NCBI GenBank assembly: GCA_000182565.2
Contig: KQ257456.1
Length of the DNA stretch: 64,000 nt
Source: Spizellomyces punctatus DAOM BR117
Taxonomy: Eukaryota
Direction: 5' to 3' (one strand)
The position numbers and the translations under genes were made by a program. The notes below the pieces were generated by a model that saw only the letters and a list, made by a program, of their open reading frames with translations, was not told the origin of the DNA and did no database searches. Position 1 is the stretch's first letter, and each line of letters opens with the position of its first letter. Shown here piece by piece: positions 23,612 to 37,400 of the stretch.

Positions 23612-26600
23612 TCAATGCGTCTTTCCTTGAACTTTCCTGTTCTTCTCTTCTTGCTCGTCATCCACGTCCATATCGGCATCCCAATCTTCATCCTCATTCA
23701 AACCCTGCACCGTCTTCCATATCCTCCTCCCCCAGTTCCCGATCTTTGTCCACTCTCTCTTCTCCACCCGATCTTCCACCACGCGCCACAGAAAATCAAC
23801 CCCATCAACCCACTTGGATATCACCTCTTGAAGCGTATTTCGCGCTCCGCGGGTTGAATTCCAGTATGGAAGGGCAACATCACGTACTTTAACCAACGCC
23901 TTATTCTCCGCAAGGTGTAGGCGATCCCACAAATGCAAGAACTCCTTCTCAGCAGTTTGAGAAAGGCGAAGCGTTAGCGCTCGTGCATCTCGCGCATATA
24001 CCGCAATACGTGCTCGAGCAACTGGCAAATTGTTTTTTAAAGCAACCTTCGCGTCACGGAATGCGTGTCGCAGGGATGGAGCGACAACGTCCACCAAAAC
24101 CACCATTGCGTCACGCCACTCTTGTCGAACGCGTTCCAGCCATGGGACGACATAAAACCGTCCAAAGTCCAAAACCGCACGGTATTGCTCGGTATTTTTA
24201 AACTGTGTCCATTGACGCTGTGCGCGATCCTTGGCAGGATGCAATACCACATCGACCTTCTCATATAGAGGGACGAGAACGGGCTGACTGTGCTTGAGGA
24301 CTTCATCTTTCGCAAGTGTATATGCGGGTAGCACCTGACTGTCCCAAATCTGTTGCCGGAACTTAGTCACACGTGGATCATCAAGAGGACACACTCTGTT
24401 GGAGCCTGGTTCACACATAACATCCAAAAGCGAGCGGGACAAGTAAATAGTGAGCACGACCCACACGAACGTCCGGAGGAATGAGCGCAGAGCGCTCCGC
24501 GGCTTTTGTGAGAGCATCGTACTCAGTGCCTGTCATAGAGATTTGTTTACTTTTAGGAAAAAAAACACATTAACACAACAGTAGATACATTCATATACTT
24601 ACTTTTAGATCGCGATTGGCAGCTAGTAGGTCTTGTTTAGAATGATCCGGATGGACTACCGCAATCTCTGTTGGCTTATGTCCTGATCTTTCTCTGTCTC
24701 TTCGCTTTGCGATCCTCTTTAGCAATCCTTCATTGGCTTGTTTGATGTCGCGAACGGCGTAGCACACTTCGGAAAGGCGTATCTATTGGTTCCATTAAAT
24801 ACGAATCAGCTACAAGATAGCATATTGTCCTCCAATAGCCTACATACCATTTGCCAGACCTTGCCACGAGGTCTTTTCTTGCCTTCTTCTGTCAGCCTTC
24901 GCGCCAGTAGTCGGCTCTCGTTCAGGTTGCGTTCGTACATAGAGGTCCAAGCTGTAAGCACGCGCGAATGCAGACCTTGTGCACCTTTCGCGGCAGTTCT
25001 TCGGAGTGGGTTTTGCGAGGTGTCGGATGCAATAATCCAGGTTAAGGTGTCCAGCAGCTGTTTTGTAGCAATATTAATCACAAAATGACTGCAGAAAGAA
25101 AGGATGACAAAACGGCATACCTCGTTGCGCACAACGGTATCTCTTTCACATCGCACCTCATCCAAAAGAAAAGTGAATGCGCTCTCGGGTGTTTCATTGG
25201 TATACACAAGGCGTGGTTTCGTATCGACACCAAAAGTCCATTGCTAATGTTCCAGATCAGTCATGACCTGCTGCTTCGCCTGCCACCTCATGTGCTCTAC
25301 GTCATGGAATTGCACGCGGTACCTTGATCATATCATACGCAGTTCTAATGTTTGCCTGCATCTCATCTCCCTTCTTTCTTCTCCGCAATGCAGACTGTTC
25401 AGAGACCGCAACTCGCATCAACAGTACAAAGTCACGAACGGTAATCGAGGGTAACCCCTTTCTGCGATCCTCTCTGCGCTTTGATAGCTGTATTATATCC
25501 AAGCTTCCGAAATAGAGTTAGCACTTGCAAATGCAGTTTAATAAAACGTCCTGATTACCTATGCAGCAAACGCTGCAAATAATCCAAAGCCGCCTGTTGA
25601 ACGGAAATCGCGATGCTGCTGCCGACCGTAGAATCGTCGTCAATTCCTGTCCTTCCTCTTGGCGACGCGATGTCTGGAGTGGAGAACAGTGGTAGCAAGA
25701 ATTTCATCCAATCTGAACACACGCGGGTATAGGTCGGTGAATATTTAGTTGAGTGACACTGGCTCTCGTTCACACTTACACTTGAGCCCCGCAGGATGCG
25801 CCACATGGGTGGGACTTCTGCCCACATTTCCGTACCTGCTGACAGCAACTCGCTGTTGGGCACATATCCATATAAGGCTATGTCCAACAGCCGGGTTGGT
25901 TCCCAAGATTGAAGAGTATGTCTCGAACATTTCGTCCGCAGACGTTCGACCTGATTTTTCGGATACAACATCCTCGAAAAACATATCCTCATCTTTCGAT
26001 GCGATGAGCTGCAGAATGAGGGCGTAGCCGATAGAAGCACTGCTAAATGAGGACCCGGTCGCAAGCGCTGTACAAGTATTCTAGAAGTTAGGAACACAGA
26101 AATCGGAAGAAACTGAGACCCAGGCAACAGCGCGTACCTTTCTTTTGCGAATCAATGAGATTCTTCACTACTCCGGGTAAGTCTGTAGCGACATCCAGGT
26201 CGCTCAAGGCGCCTGTTAACACCCGCTTAACCGGCTCTGGCGTGAACGTTATTGGCCCTGGCGATTGAGAATCCGCTTAGTTACCTCAGTTATCCAGGAA
26301 AAGTCTAAAGTGGATGCACCAACCTTGCCCTTCCCACTTTTGTAATGAAAAATTCTTCCCAAATATTGGCACGCGCAGCTTCAGCTGTTGTGCTATGATC
26401 TGATCCAAAGCTTCTGCTAGTCCTTTGACAGGCTCCGGGGAACGCCTCTTCACAAAGGTTCCCACTAGACTTTCAATACTGGCAACATCCAGCTACGAGC
26501 CGCCCGAAAATCAAAATGTCAGTCGTCTGAGGGCACAATGTGGACATTGATGGGTCCCCTCCCGGAATAACAGATAGTTCGGCCCCATCATCCTGCTTTC

Positions 26601-27112
26601 AACTATCTGCTCACCTTAGTCAGCCCTTCCAGACCCTCCGTATGTGGGTTCCCCGAATCCGCTTTCTTCTCACTTTTTTTAGCGCTTTCCTTTGATATGG
26701 CTGGCTGCGGCGTGGCAGCACGGGGTCGTGTCTCTGTTCGGATGGACGTCGCGTTTGTGACATCGGGAACAATATGTTCAGGATAGTCAGGCTCCCCAGT
26801 CAAGTCTGTCACTTCGTGCTCGTCGTCTAAAGAACGTTGACGGAGCCCTGACCCATCCGGTAGCGGTGCAGTGGCAAGTGCGGCAAAATACCCTGTTGGG
26901 ACGCAGATCGAGGGCTAAGCACGAGCAAGCACCATGGATGGGATTGCTCACATAGACAGACGGCACCTACCACTAGCGCCAGAGGAAGTTTTATTCAACG
27001 GTGTCTTGGAACCCGTATTGCTGCTGTTCCTACTGGAACGCGGAGATCCTGCTGGCGACTCGCCCTCCTTCTTCGTTCTCTTATTAACCGGTACCGTCTC
27101 CCAAGAAGACAT
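23612..27112 (-). CDS. TMEM214-like ER membrane protein; multi-exon, the 23612-24517 ORF is its last exon
   Basis: N-terminal MSSWETV..K; GHSLIWICAQ and WMKFLLPLF; AWTSMYERNLNESRLL resembles TMEM214 WRQLYPKHLSQSSLL. Intron ~24602-24530 (GTAAGT...ACAG) fuses ...NRDLK to ALSTMLSQK, followed by a TM helix. Confidence 0.65.
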
Positions 27113-27296
27113 TATACACACAACAAATGGGTAGTGTCGCGATGATGTGAATAAAGACTCTAGAGGTGGAGAGAGGAACCCTGCTATTGATGCTACGTAA
27201 AACGTTCCGATCACAAACAGCAGCTGCCTGTCGCGCTTGCTGGCGCAGGGTGGGTAGGCACGTGACAGACATTTGTTTATATTCCTGGTTAATATC

Positions 27297-28040
27297 TTAC
27301 AAAAACCATGCGAACGCTTCTCGAAAAGCTTGCTCCCCTCCCTCCTCAATGATGCCACCATGACATGGTATTATCCTCCCAAACCGCCAGTTCTCCGCTA
27401 CGTATTTTACATCCTTCCGCATTTCCGCGGCATTGCTGGTATTCATGTATCGAGAAAAGAATCGATGCATCCCGCTGTTAGGCTTCAGCTTCGAGTAAAT
27501 AGCGCGCAAAACAACGTTGAAGGAATGCCCTGGTGGATATTGATCGGTAGGCGGCATATTGAAGAGAAGGTCTGCCGTGAGGAGTGTATTGGTTGGACGA
27601 TGGAGATACAAGGTATCTTGATTTCCAGATCCAGCGAAATGTCGATGTTCGATTTCATTTTCGAACCCGTACAGTTTGTTCTCGCTTCCCTTCTCTCCCA
27701 TAATCCCATCAAATTCCAAATCATTCCTCTTTTCTCTCAGTCCAGGGACCCCAATGATCTTGGCCTCTGGCCATCTTTTTTTGTATTCCCCAACATAAAG
27801 GTGATGGACCACATTAGGACACACTAGGTATTTGACTCGTCCAAGTTGCTCCAGCTTTTCCGTTGTCGGAGCGTCGAGTGGCGTGGGTGAGAGCAGAAAA
27901 AGATCGCCGTTCCCCAGGCGAACAGCAGACATACGGATGCCTACGGGGAATACACTAAACCTGGAAAATGGCCTTGAAAACGTGGTTATGGATGCATCCA
28001 GGGTGCGGATAATGGTCGGCGCTGATGGTGAGGATGTCAT
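27297..28040 (-). CDS. DUF4336 family (metallo-beta-lactamase-like fold) protein, intronless
   Basis: PFSRF, IRMSAVRL, LSPTPL, YLVCPNVVHHLY, LLTADLLFN, RIIPCHG. Confidence 0.82.
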   Translation of the reverse strand: MTSSPSAPTIIRTLDASITTFSRPFSRFSVFPVGIRMSAVRLGNGDLFLLSPTPLDAPTTEKLEQLGRVKYLVCPNVVHHLYVGEYKKRWPEAKIIGVPGLREKRNDLEFDGIMGEKGSENKLYGFENEIEHRHFAGSGNQDTLYLHRPTNTLLTADLLFNMPPTDQYPPGHSFNVVLRAIYSKLKPNSGMHRFFSRYMNTSNAAEMRKDVKYVAENWRFGRIIPCHGGIIEEGGEQAFREAFAWFL

Positions 28041-28609
28041 CGTTTTCCTTTCCTGTTTTTGTTTGATAGGTTCTTTTAGCTGGCAGAATAAGTCTAAGGT
28101 TGAGCTAGCGCTCTGTATTTATACCTTCTTGATTTTCCGCCTAGTGTCGTGACATCATCAATCTATTCGCCACGCGTCGACCGATGTGTGTTGATGACAT
28201 GCGCGAACGACAGCGGGGATGCTGCAGCTTTCAACATCTTTTCGTTCAAAGGTTTCTCTCCAACCTGACTTGTCCTCCACGTAATGTGGTGCTGACGATC
28301 ATGAAAGGCTGTAAACACGAAATAAATTGGCGATAAAACTGTCGTAGCCGACAGGATTGTCCCCATAATTCGGCAGCACCAACTAAAGGATCTGCACAGC
28401 AGCTTCCGCAAGTTCAGGCTGTTTAGGCTCAGATAACTGGAAAGAGGCCGAAATTCTATCCCCAGACAGCAGCATGCCAACAGAACGTGATGTATTGTTC
28501 ACAGGATATTATCGGAGCAAGATGCAAGAATACCAGGGCAAAAATACTAATTATGGCAAATATTTTATATACAATGAACCGTATCTATCACCTTCGTCGT
28601 TGACAAAAA

Positions 28610-31033
28610 TTATGCAGACTTCCTGAAAGACTCGGCGACTCTACACATGTTGCTCAACGCGCGCTCAGTCTCGGGCCACCCACGCGTTTTAAGACCACAG
28701 TCGGGGTTAACCCAGACCAAATCTTTTTTCAGGTACTTTAGCATCTCTTGCAAGCGTTCCCGCATCTCTTCTTCGGATGGAACACGGGGGGAGTGGATAT
28801 CGTAGAGACCAGGCCCAATGCCGTTGGTGTATCCATATCGCTCGAATGCATTAAGAAGCTTGAGATCGGATTTTGAGTTCTCAATAGTAATGGCATCAGC
28901 ATCGAGAGCTTGGATCGTGGAGAAGATGTCGTTAAAGTCAGAGTAGCACATATGGCTGGATAACAAAACGATTAGTTTAGCATGTGCCGATATGCAATCA
29001 TCAAACAATAACGTACGTGTGAATCTGAGTGGTGTCCTCAACCCCAGTGGAGGAGAGCAAGAAGGCACGAGCAGCCCAGTTGAGGTATTCCTGCCAGTCA
29101 GAGTGACGAAGGGGAAGACCTTCACGGATGGCAGGCTCATCAATCTGGATGACGGGGATGCCAGCGCGCTCAAGGTCTTGTACTTCTTTCCGAATCGCCA
29201 AAGCCAATTGGAAGGCAGTGTCCCGGCGCGGTTGGTCATCGCGCACAAAGGACCATTGGAGCATGGTCACGGGTCCAGTGAGCATACCCTTCATCGCTTT
29301 TTGGGTCTTGGATTGGGCGTACTTGGACCATTCAACGGTCATTGGGTTGGGACGCGAGACGTCACCGTAGATGATTGGGGGTTTGACACACCGGGAGCCG
29401 TAGGACTGCACCCATCCGTTTTGGGAAAATACGTAACCCTTGAGATTCTCTCCAAAATACTCCACCATGTCATTACGCTCAAACTCGCCATGAACGAGGA
29501 CGTCGAGGCCGACTTGTTCTTGGAATCTGATGCACTTGTCAGTCTCTGCTTTGATGAAGGCTTCATACTCGGCGGGGGTCCATTCGCCCTTCTTCAACTT
29601 TTGACGAGCGACGCGGACTTCCTTAGTTTGAGGGAAGGAGCCAACAGTGGTTGTGGGAAACGGGGGAAGGTTAAGCTTGGCCTGCTGTGCGGCTGCGCGC
29701 TGGGGAAAGGGAGACTTGCGCTTGAACATCTCCTCAGTGACAGCCTTCATCTCAGCCTGGACCTGAGGGTCATGAATCAGCGGTGACGTACGGCGAGCTT
29801 GCATGCTTTTGCGGTTGGCGCTGAGAGCATCCGCGACTGCGTCTTCTCCTTGATTTACAGCCTTGGTAATAATGGCGATTTCGCTGAGCTTCTGTACGGC
29901 GAATGATAACCAGTCAAGAATGGTTTTATCCATTTTGGTTTCTGCCTCGAGGCTGTGAGGAGTGTGCAGCATGCTGCAGGATGGGGCGACAAAGACCTTG
30001 TCAGAGCCAAGGAGGCCAACAGCGCGACGGACGGTGGCGATCGCGGCGTCCAGATCCGCTTTCCAGATGTTACGACCGTTGATGACTCCGACGGAAAGGG
30101 CAAGATTCTTGTCTTGGGCTATCTTGAGAACGGCATCGAGCTCCTCAGGAGCCCGAACGAGGTCGACGTGAAGAGCCGCGATGGGCAGGTTGGCAACAAT
30201 GTCGAGGTTCTCGCCAAGACGACCAAAGTAGTTAGCGACCAAAATTTTGATGCCAGACACGGCGGATAGTTTGGTGTAAGCTTTGGAGTAGTGGTTCTTG
30301 AACTCGGCGGGAAGGTCAAAGGTCAAGATTGGTTCGTCAATCTGGACCCACTCGGCCCCGGCGTTGGCCAATTCACGAAGAAGGCTCTCGTACACGGGAA
30401 GTAACCGATCAAGAAGGCTAATAGGATCGAACGATTGACCTTTGGCAGCTTTGCCAAGACGAAGGAAGGAGACTGGACCAAGAAGAACTGGGCGGGTCTT
30501 GATACCGAGAGCCTTGGCTTCGACAAACTCGTCAATGGGTTTGCGCGAGCGAAGTGTGAATTCTTGGTTTGCTTGGAATTCGGGTACGATAAAGTGGTCT
30601 TGAAATGAAGTTTATGTTAGCTTGGTGCCATTTGCAAAGCGATGAGACAGATACAATGCTTACAGTTGGTATCGAACCACTTCTTCATTTCCATTGCAGG
30701 AACGTCGATGCCTTCGTCGGGCCTTTGAAGTCCTCGGCCCATAGCAAAGTAGGCCTCGAGGGGGAACTTCAGACCCTGGTATTTTTGTGGGATGACACCG
30801 AAAAGGTGCAAATGATCGAGGACCTGGTCGTAGAAAGAGAAGTCGTTCGAAGGAATGTGACCATCCTGTACGCCAGCCTTCTTTTGGATGTTCCAGTGCT
30901 CAGCGCGCAAGTTCTTTGCACCGGTAAGCAGTGCCTTTTCATCAAGCTTTCCATTCCAATAATTCTCGACCAGCTTCTTCAGCTCACGGTTTGCACCAAT
31001 GCGGGGGAACCCCAAGTTTGTTGCTGTGACCAT
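28610..31033 (-). CDS. MET6: Cobalamin-independent methionine synthase; 2 introns
   Basis: NLGFPRIGANRELKK, KKWFDTN, PTTTVGSFPQT, HGEFERNDMVEYF, IQIDEPAIREGLP, HMCYSDF, WVNPDCGLKTRGW. Confidence 0.97.
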
Positions 31034-31119
31034 TGTGATTGAAGATCGATGAAAAGATGAGATGTAGTACGTCGATCGGGAGGCTTTGTGAGGTACGAGT
31101 AAACCAAAAAGTGGAATCC

Positions 31120-31515
31120 TTTTATAAACATGCAGCGGGAAGCGTGTGGGGAAGGACAACCCCATCGATGGGGCAAAGGGTCAAAGGCCTGGAGGAAAAG
31201 CGTTGGGCGTTCTCCCCACAAACTACCTTGGTCATTACGCAATCCGCTATGCATGACTGCGCCACAGGCCCCAAATATGGGGAAATTATGGTCTTGTATC
31301 ACCTTCCACGCCCCAAGCTTTTGAGAGCTTTTGGGGGAAGCAACACGCGAGACGCAACATGGCGGGCTGACGCGAAACGTTGTGGGGAGAATACGCCCAA
31401 GAGGAACCCGCGGGCGGGAGCGGCGATTGCTGAGCAACGCAGTTTTGGCATAGCAGTGATACACCAGATGTCACGATGGGCGTTCGCCAATTAAGGTACT
31501 GATTATGTGGGACTT
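31120..31515 (-). promoter_or_regulatory. MET6 upstream region: TATA-like element and clustered TGTGGGGA-type motifs
   Basis: TTTATAAA at ~31121-31128. TGTGGGGA at 31145 and 31381, its reverse complement at 31213, and variants at 31276, 31331 and 31506. Confidence 0.5.
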
Positions 31516-32152
31516 GCAAGGATGGGGGCCTGAGGAACTGAGTAGGTTGTGTCAACGGCGACTGGACCTGCCGCCGACCAGAGTATTAGTGCTGTAGAAG
31601 CGTGTATCCTTTGCATTTGATAATCCTGGATGTTTGGCCCTGGGCTATTTCCCTTGTCTCAGTGACAATGAGTTCCACTGTGTGCCGGTTAAAGCATTTT
31701 TGACTGCTGTAAATCCGGGATGAATGTTGGGGCTCTCCTTTTGGTTTTCAAGGTTCTGCCGGTCCTTCCTGCCCCAAGATCTTGAGCACGCGCAGCTAAG
31801 CTCACGTGTTCTAATATGAATAAATGTCCGAAAACGCTACTTAGTGTATTGGCAAAAACAAATGTCAGTGCCTCCACACCAGGGAATGAACCGGCGACAA
31901 CCAGTTCGGAAAAGCTAACTAGCTAACTCCTTACAAGTAACTAACTACTACTAGGCCCAATTACACATGCATAACGGTTGGTCAACCGGGTAACTAAGCC
32001 CACCACCACGAGAGAAATCCTACTAGCCCATTGATTCCGAAATTCTTAGTCGGAGGATGTTTCAGCGAAAACGCTACTTATGATCATGTTGATGCAAGCG
32101 GATTTACAGTTATAGATGCGCTCCGCAGAATATGCTCATGCTTTATTTAGCC

Positions 32153-33519
32153 CTACATCCTTGTTCCTGCCGAACGGCAAAGTATTTCATGTATCAATGA
32201 CTGACATCTCTCCATCAAATACTGCAAGACAGACTGCCCGTGAGCCTTCTCCATTTCCTCTTGCTTTTGTCCAGTTGGAACAAAAACATCCCCGTCTTTT
32301 GCCAACCCAATATCGAATAGTCGATCCAGATATGTGTCAACATCACTGTCGTTAAGAACTAGGCTAGATTCCGATTGAGTCATCAGGTCCGTCATTAGCG
32401 ACCGCAGGGATTCATAAATGGGAAGCAACTCTTTGTCGATCGGTTCGAATCGAATCATAATATTATAGACTTGTTCCGATACTTTGTGAAAAAGATTTTT
32501 GAGAGCTCCTTGCCCCGGAAGAACCATATTGGCTGGTTGGCCTGGTACAACAAAAGCGCCGTCTACGCGGCCTGCGTCGATCATTTGAACTTCGTGTTCC
32601 AGTGGCGTAATGTCGGACAATGTGCAATCCTCGTGAGCAGCGAGATGTGACAAATGCTTGGAGATGGTCGCTAAACGATCGTGAATTGCCATTAGCTGTG
32701 GATCAATATCTTCAGTGAGGTTATCAAGGTGGCCAAGGAGACGATCTGTGGACAAAAATTGGGGAAAGATCAAAATCAGTCTGGCAACTGGACATGTTCT
32801 GACTTACGAATTTTATTTAACGTTGATATCATGATAGCTTGCCCCGTCGGCAATTCTGATCCTAATGTATCTGCGAGAGGAGCTGGAGGTCGGTCAGGGT
32901 TGACGAACGCCCCATTCCTCATGAATTTTCTCTCGATTTCTAGCACTCTCTCTTTCAAATGATTTACATCTTCCGCTGTGAAAGCACCAGACTGGTCCAT
33001 CTCTGCACAGCGACGTAATATAAGTGCCAGCTGCTCATAGACGGGGTAAAGGTCTTCATCGATGCGACTAATTTTCCCCCAGGTGTAGAATAACATGGTC
33101 CAGATGGTATCCAAAACCTCATCAATGCGATTGCGCTCTGCATTAGGATTGGACTCGCGGACCGCACGCAAGTCGAACATGATCTATTGCAGCATGTTTC
33201 CAGTTTTCGTGAACATTTTTCTAGCTACTTAAATATATGATTAAACTTACAAGAGCGAGCTCGTCTGCCTTCTTGTTCAAGTCATTCAAGGTCACATTAT
33301 TGCGAGTATGATGCCGAAGTTTCGAAACTGGTTGATTGTCAAAAAGCGTTCCTAACATGTCCATAACTAAACTGAATTTTACGTACAATCATGCCTGAAC
33401 TGAAACAGCTTTTGCAAAATCGGTTGTTCGTCTACCGGTACTGAGTGCCGATCCTCGGATTTAACGCCTGGCTTGCCTCTCGGCTTCGCATGGTTAGGTT
33501 TTGCTGCAATGTCTGGCAT
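32153..33519 (-). CDS. DUF2408 (yeast YPL260W/Cub1-like) protein; ~3 introns
   Basis: VPVDEQPILQKL, RNRIDEVLD, and repeated 'GAFV...GQA' helical units typical of this fungal family. Confidence 0.7.
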
Positions 33520-34483
33520 TTTGCGTGAGGAGAAGAGTGTTATTTGTTTTTTGGTTTCTGAGGACGTTTTATAAGGGCTCATGACTGGAAATGACACATG
33601 ATGATCGGTGATCACCCGCCCATCGCGCGGTGATCCAAGTGGTCGTGATATACACTACACAGAAAATATAAAAGTATTCCGTATCTTTTACTAACGAGGG
33701 CGCAATACAACTTTATGTTGGCCAAAAGTCGCCGAAAACCATCTTCATCAACTCATAACCAGCTGGCCGAGATGTCCAATGACAGCTGGTTTCAAAACCT
33801 TGCCCGACAACACGCAAGAACAATTACCACGACAGCTAGAAGCCTTTGTTGATTAAGCTACTACCCTGCTGGCGGCTTATTTCGCTGGCATTTACATCGA
33901 CCTTTTCTGATACCAAACTGCCCTCAAGCTGGTCATGTGTTGTGGAGCCCAGCCTGGCTACCAACCACATAACAATTTTGGGCCATTCAAGAGCATGATC
34001 TTTGGTAGCACTCGTTACTATGGAGGAGCATCTTTGCGAGCAACCTCGCGTGCCATTGACTTCTGACTTTAGAATGTTTTGAGCAGCAGCAGCAAAGTAG
34101 CGCTCCGACTTTGTTGTTCCGAAACACGTGAATTCGGACAAACGGCTCTAGAAACTCCTACGTAAAAAAGTAACGCGCTCCAGGTTGCGAGTAGAGCAGA
34201 AAGGGCGCCGCGCAGAGGCAGACGTTGCGCGGAAGCAACGGTTAAAGGACAACCGTCTAGTCTCTCGACACCGGTCCATTCTTTTGCCACCCCGACGGTT
34301 AGTTTTGTCGTAGCTCATCCAGTTCGATCTCTCTGCTAACATGTCCCTATTCATCGCTTCAGTCCAATCAGTGTCTTGTGTGCACAGCTGGGAAACTAGT
34401 GTGTGTGTGAGGGCCACAGACGCTCTAATTAAGTAGATGTAAGGACTTCCGAGGATGCTCGCTTGTTGTCGTGACGCTTGACG

Positions 34484-37400
34484 ATGGAGTCACTAAATCC
34501 ACATTCGCCTTTAAGCGCAAAATATAGACTAGGAGCTTATTGGAAGAAACCCCGCAGGTATGTCCAATTCTGTGACTAGATGGATTTGAGGCCGTCCTGC
34601 TGTTTGATTGCCTGCCTTATACACTCCATCTAACAGTTGATCACTGCAGCATTCGCTCCGGTGACTAACAGAGCAAGTCGACGAGCGACTTCACCGCCAT
34701 GGTTCAGGACAAATCTTTACTCGCCGATGGAACCCCTGTCAGATCAAAGCGACTTTTACATCGCCGAGATCCACCAAACCATTCATCACACGCTGTTGTT
34801 TTTGAGGGAACATTTAAGATCCCGCTCCCTGATCACCATGTTGACGACGGTCCGATAACCCCCGAATCCGTTGAAGTTCCTACATCACCTGTCAGGAAAA
34901 GACCACGACTGAGGTCCGATGGGCAACGCACTGAACTATCCACTAAAGGTGATTTTGAAGATGAGGACGCTTGGACTACCACATTCAAGCGCAAATCGCG
35001 TACCACTTCAACATTTCAGGGACGGTCGGCTAACCCCGATGTATCCCCCGCTATCTTTCCATTAGTTTTACTCCCGGAAGCCAGAACGTCGGGTTCTTCC
35101 GTTACGCAACAGATCAAAGACTTTTTTTCTTCACCGGTGCCGGCCCTGTTTTGCGGCACTGGGGACAACGGCTGGGAGTTGGGCGGTATTTTAATGGAGT
35201 ACCATCTCCGCAAACTAGTGGATGCCGATATCGGTGGCGACCTACGCCATGCTGCTGGGTGGGGACGTATGCCGACGCAGTTGAGCCAATGGGTCTCGTA
35301 TGCAGAAAGAAGGGTGTTAGACGAGGAGCGAGGGACAATAGAACGGGCCCGGAAGAGGGTCAAGTTGCAGAAAGAGGACCCGATTAATCCACGGACGGGA
35401 ATGCGCTGCCGAAGCGTGGACCTGGAGGTAAACTCTAGCCAGGGTCTGCCGCTGAACATAAGCGCCGCAGATTAGGCAAGAAGAAGCGCCCCATCAACAA
35501 AGCACACAAATCAAGTCAACAGTGGACACGTCTGGCTGGTGCGCTAGCGCGAAAAGCGGAGGCAATATGGGACGGTCCGGAGGAAATGAAGGCGTTGTAC
35601 CAGAAAAAGAGGTATCTCAAAGCAGGGCTGTACTCCTCCGTCTACAAGAGCGACGCCTTGTCCAAACTACGGCCGCGTGCATATCAAGCGCGCTTCAGCT
35701 TTCCATTACCAATGAATCATGGAGCAACCCTACTGCAGGAAGAACTTGACTTTGAACTCCCCTATGATATCGTCACACATGTCGCTCTTCTTGGTGGTCC
35801 GACAGCTGTAAGTCACCAGTTTCATTGGGCAACATTATGAAAACCGATTCATGACACAACTGCAGTTGAAGGCGCAGGCTACCAAGAAATCGCCCAGTCC
35901 ATTTTACAGGATCCAGAAAAGTAAGGAGCATTCATTACGTCTTCAAATTGTCCATGTTACTATATCAACGCTTGCATTTTCAGATATTTTTGTTGATCGA
36001 AAGCCCCATAAGGGAAAAGAAGTTCCGGTTTGCCAATGCGAGATCCCGTCCAATAATGACCCAGCTTGTAGGGATAATTGTCTGAATAGGTGCGCAACTG
36101 GAAGTATTATACAACGCGTGTGATGACGGGCTCACACGTTCTTAGATGCATGTTTATAGAGTGCTCTCCAAAGCACTGTCCTGCGAATGAAAGGTGTTCG
36201 AACCAGCGATTTCAAAAGCGAGAGTCAATAAAAGAGCTGGAGGTTGTGTGGGTAGGTCTCCATTATCCTCCACATTGAATGACCTCGCATTCTAACTCAG
36301 GTCGTTGTAGACCGCTGTTCGGGGACATGGCCTTCGAACGAAGGTCAACATCCCGCGTGGCAGTATGGTCATAGAGTACCGTGGCGAGATCATATCGCAG
36401 GATACATGTATTGAGAGGATGGAAACAATCTATAAGGATGTTGAGAATTACTATTTTCTGAACTATGCCAGAGGAGAAGTCATCGATGCATGCCGGAAAG
36501 GGACAGAGGCCAGGTTTGTCAACCATAGTTGCGAACCCAACTGTCACATCGAAAAATGGTTGGTTATATCTTCTGTTTCACCCGAGCTGCGGTCATCACC
36601 TTAGTCGTTCTCACACAAACGTGTGTAATATTAGGCTGGTGGATGGGGAATATTGCGTCGGCCTCTTCTCTTCTGAGGATATTTTCGCGGGCTCCGAGCT
36701 TACCTACGATTATCGTTTCGAGGCGTTCGGACCCATGCAACAGTGCCTGTGTGGGGCCAAAAGTTGCCGAGGTACAATAAAGTCACGATTACTTGTTCAT
36801 GATGGTGTGCAATTTTCCCAAGAGTCTTTAACAATCGCTTGGTTGATGGTTGCTAGGTTTTATCGGTTTGAACAAGAAGGTTGAGGCAAAGCAAGATCCT
36901 GGTAAAATTACATGTTTCGCGAAGTATGTATCCTGACCGTTATACATTCGCTTATTACCTTCATTTGTTTCTTTGATTCAAAGCAAAATCCAAAAAGACC
37001 GGAAAGCAAGGGAAATCGAAAGCTAAATCCACCAAAGTTAAACGTATCAAAGTCAAATCATACGAACGTGAATTTTGGTTGCGAAAACATCAGAGAGAAA
37101 AGCTCGCTAGTCAGTATAAGGATGTTTTGAAGAACCGTGGATTCTATGCAGATGCTGGGCTGTTTTTGGTTCGGAATATGAGGAGCGTGGTGGCAAAGGA
37201 ATTGGGTGAGCGTCATCTGAGTGCTGCAAGCGGTTCGACATCTAGTACTACCCGCAATCGACGAGCCGGAAGTGGTGATGATGACGTTGTTGATGCAATT
37301 CCAAAGTTATCGCCGGATATCGTAAGGCGAAGGCGTAGGGGCTTGGACGCTGTCATTGAAGATCTGTGGCTAGTGAGGAAAGCTCTGTTCCCCGGTGATA

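Noticed and set aside
27297..28040. Intronless DUF4336 gene as a recent bacterial transfer
   Set aside because: The family is widespread in fungi and composition matches the neighbours; lack of introns alone is insufficient.
28992..30269. Long plus-strand ORFs (264 aa and others) opposite MET6; similar antisense ORFs over IDH1
   Set aside because: Antisense shadows expected from the strong codon bias of highly expressed genes; no recognisable motifs.
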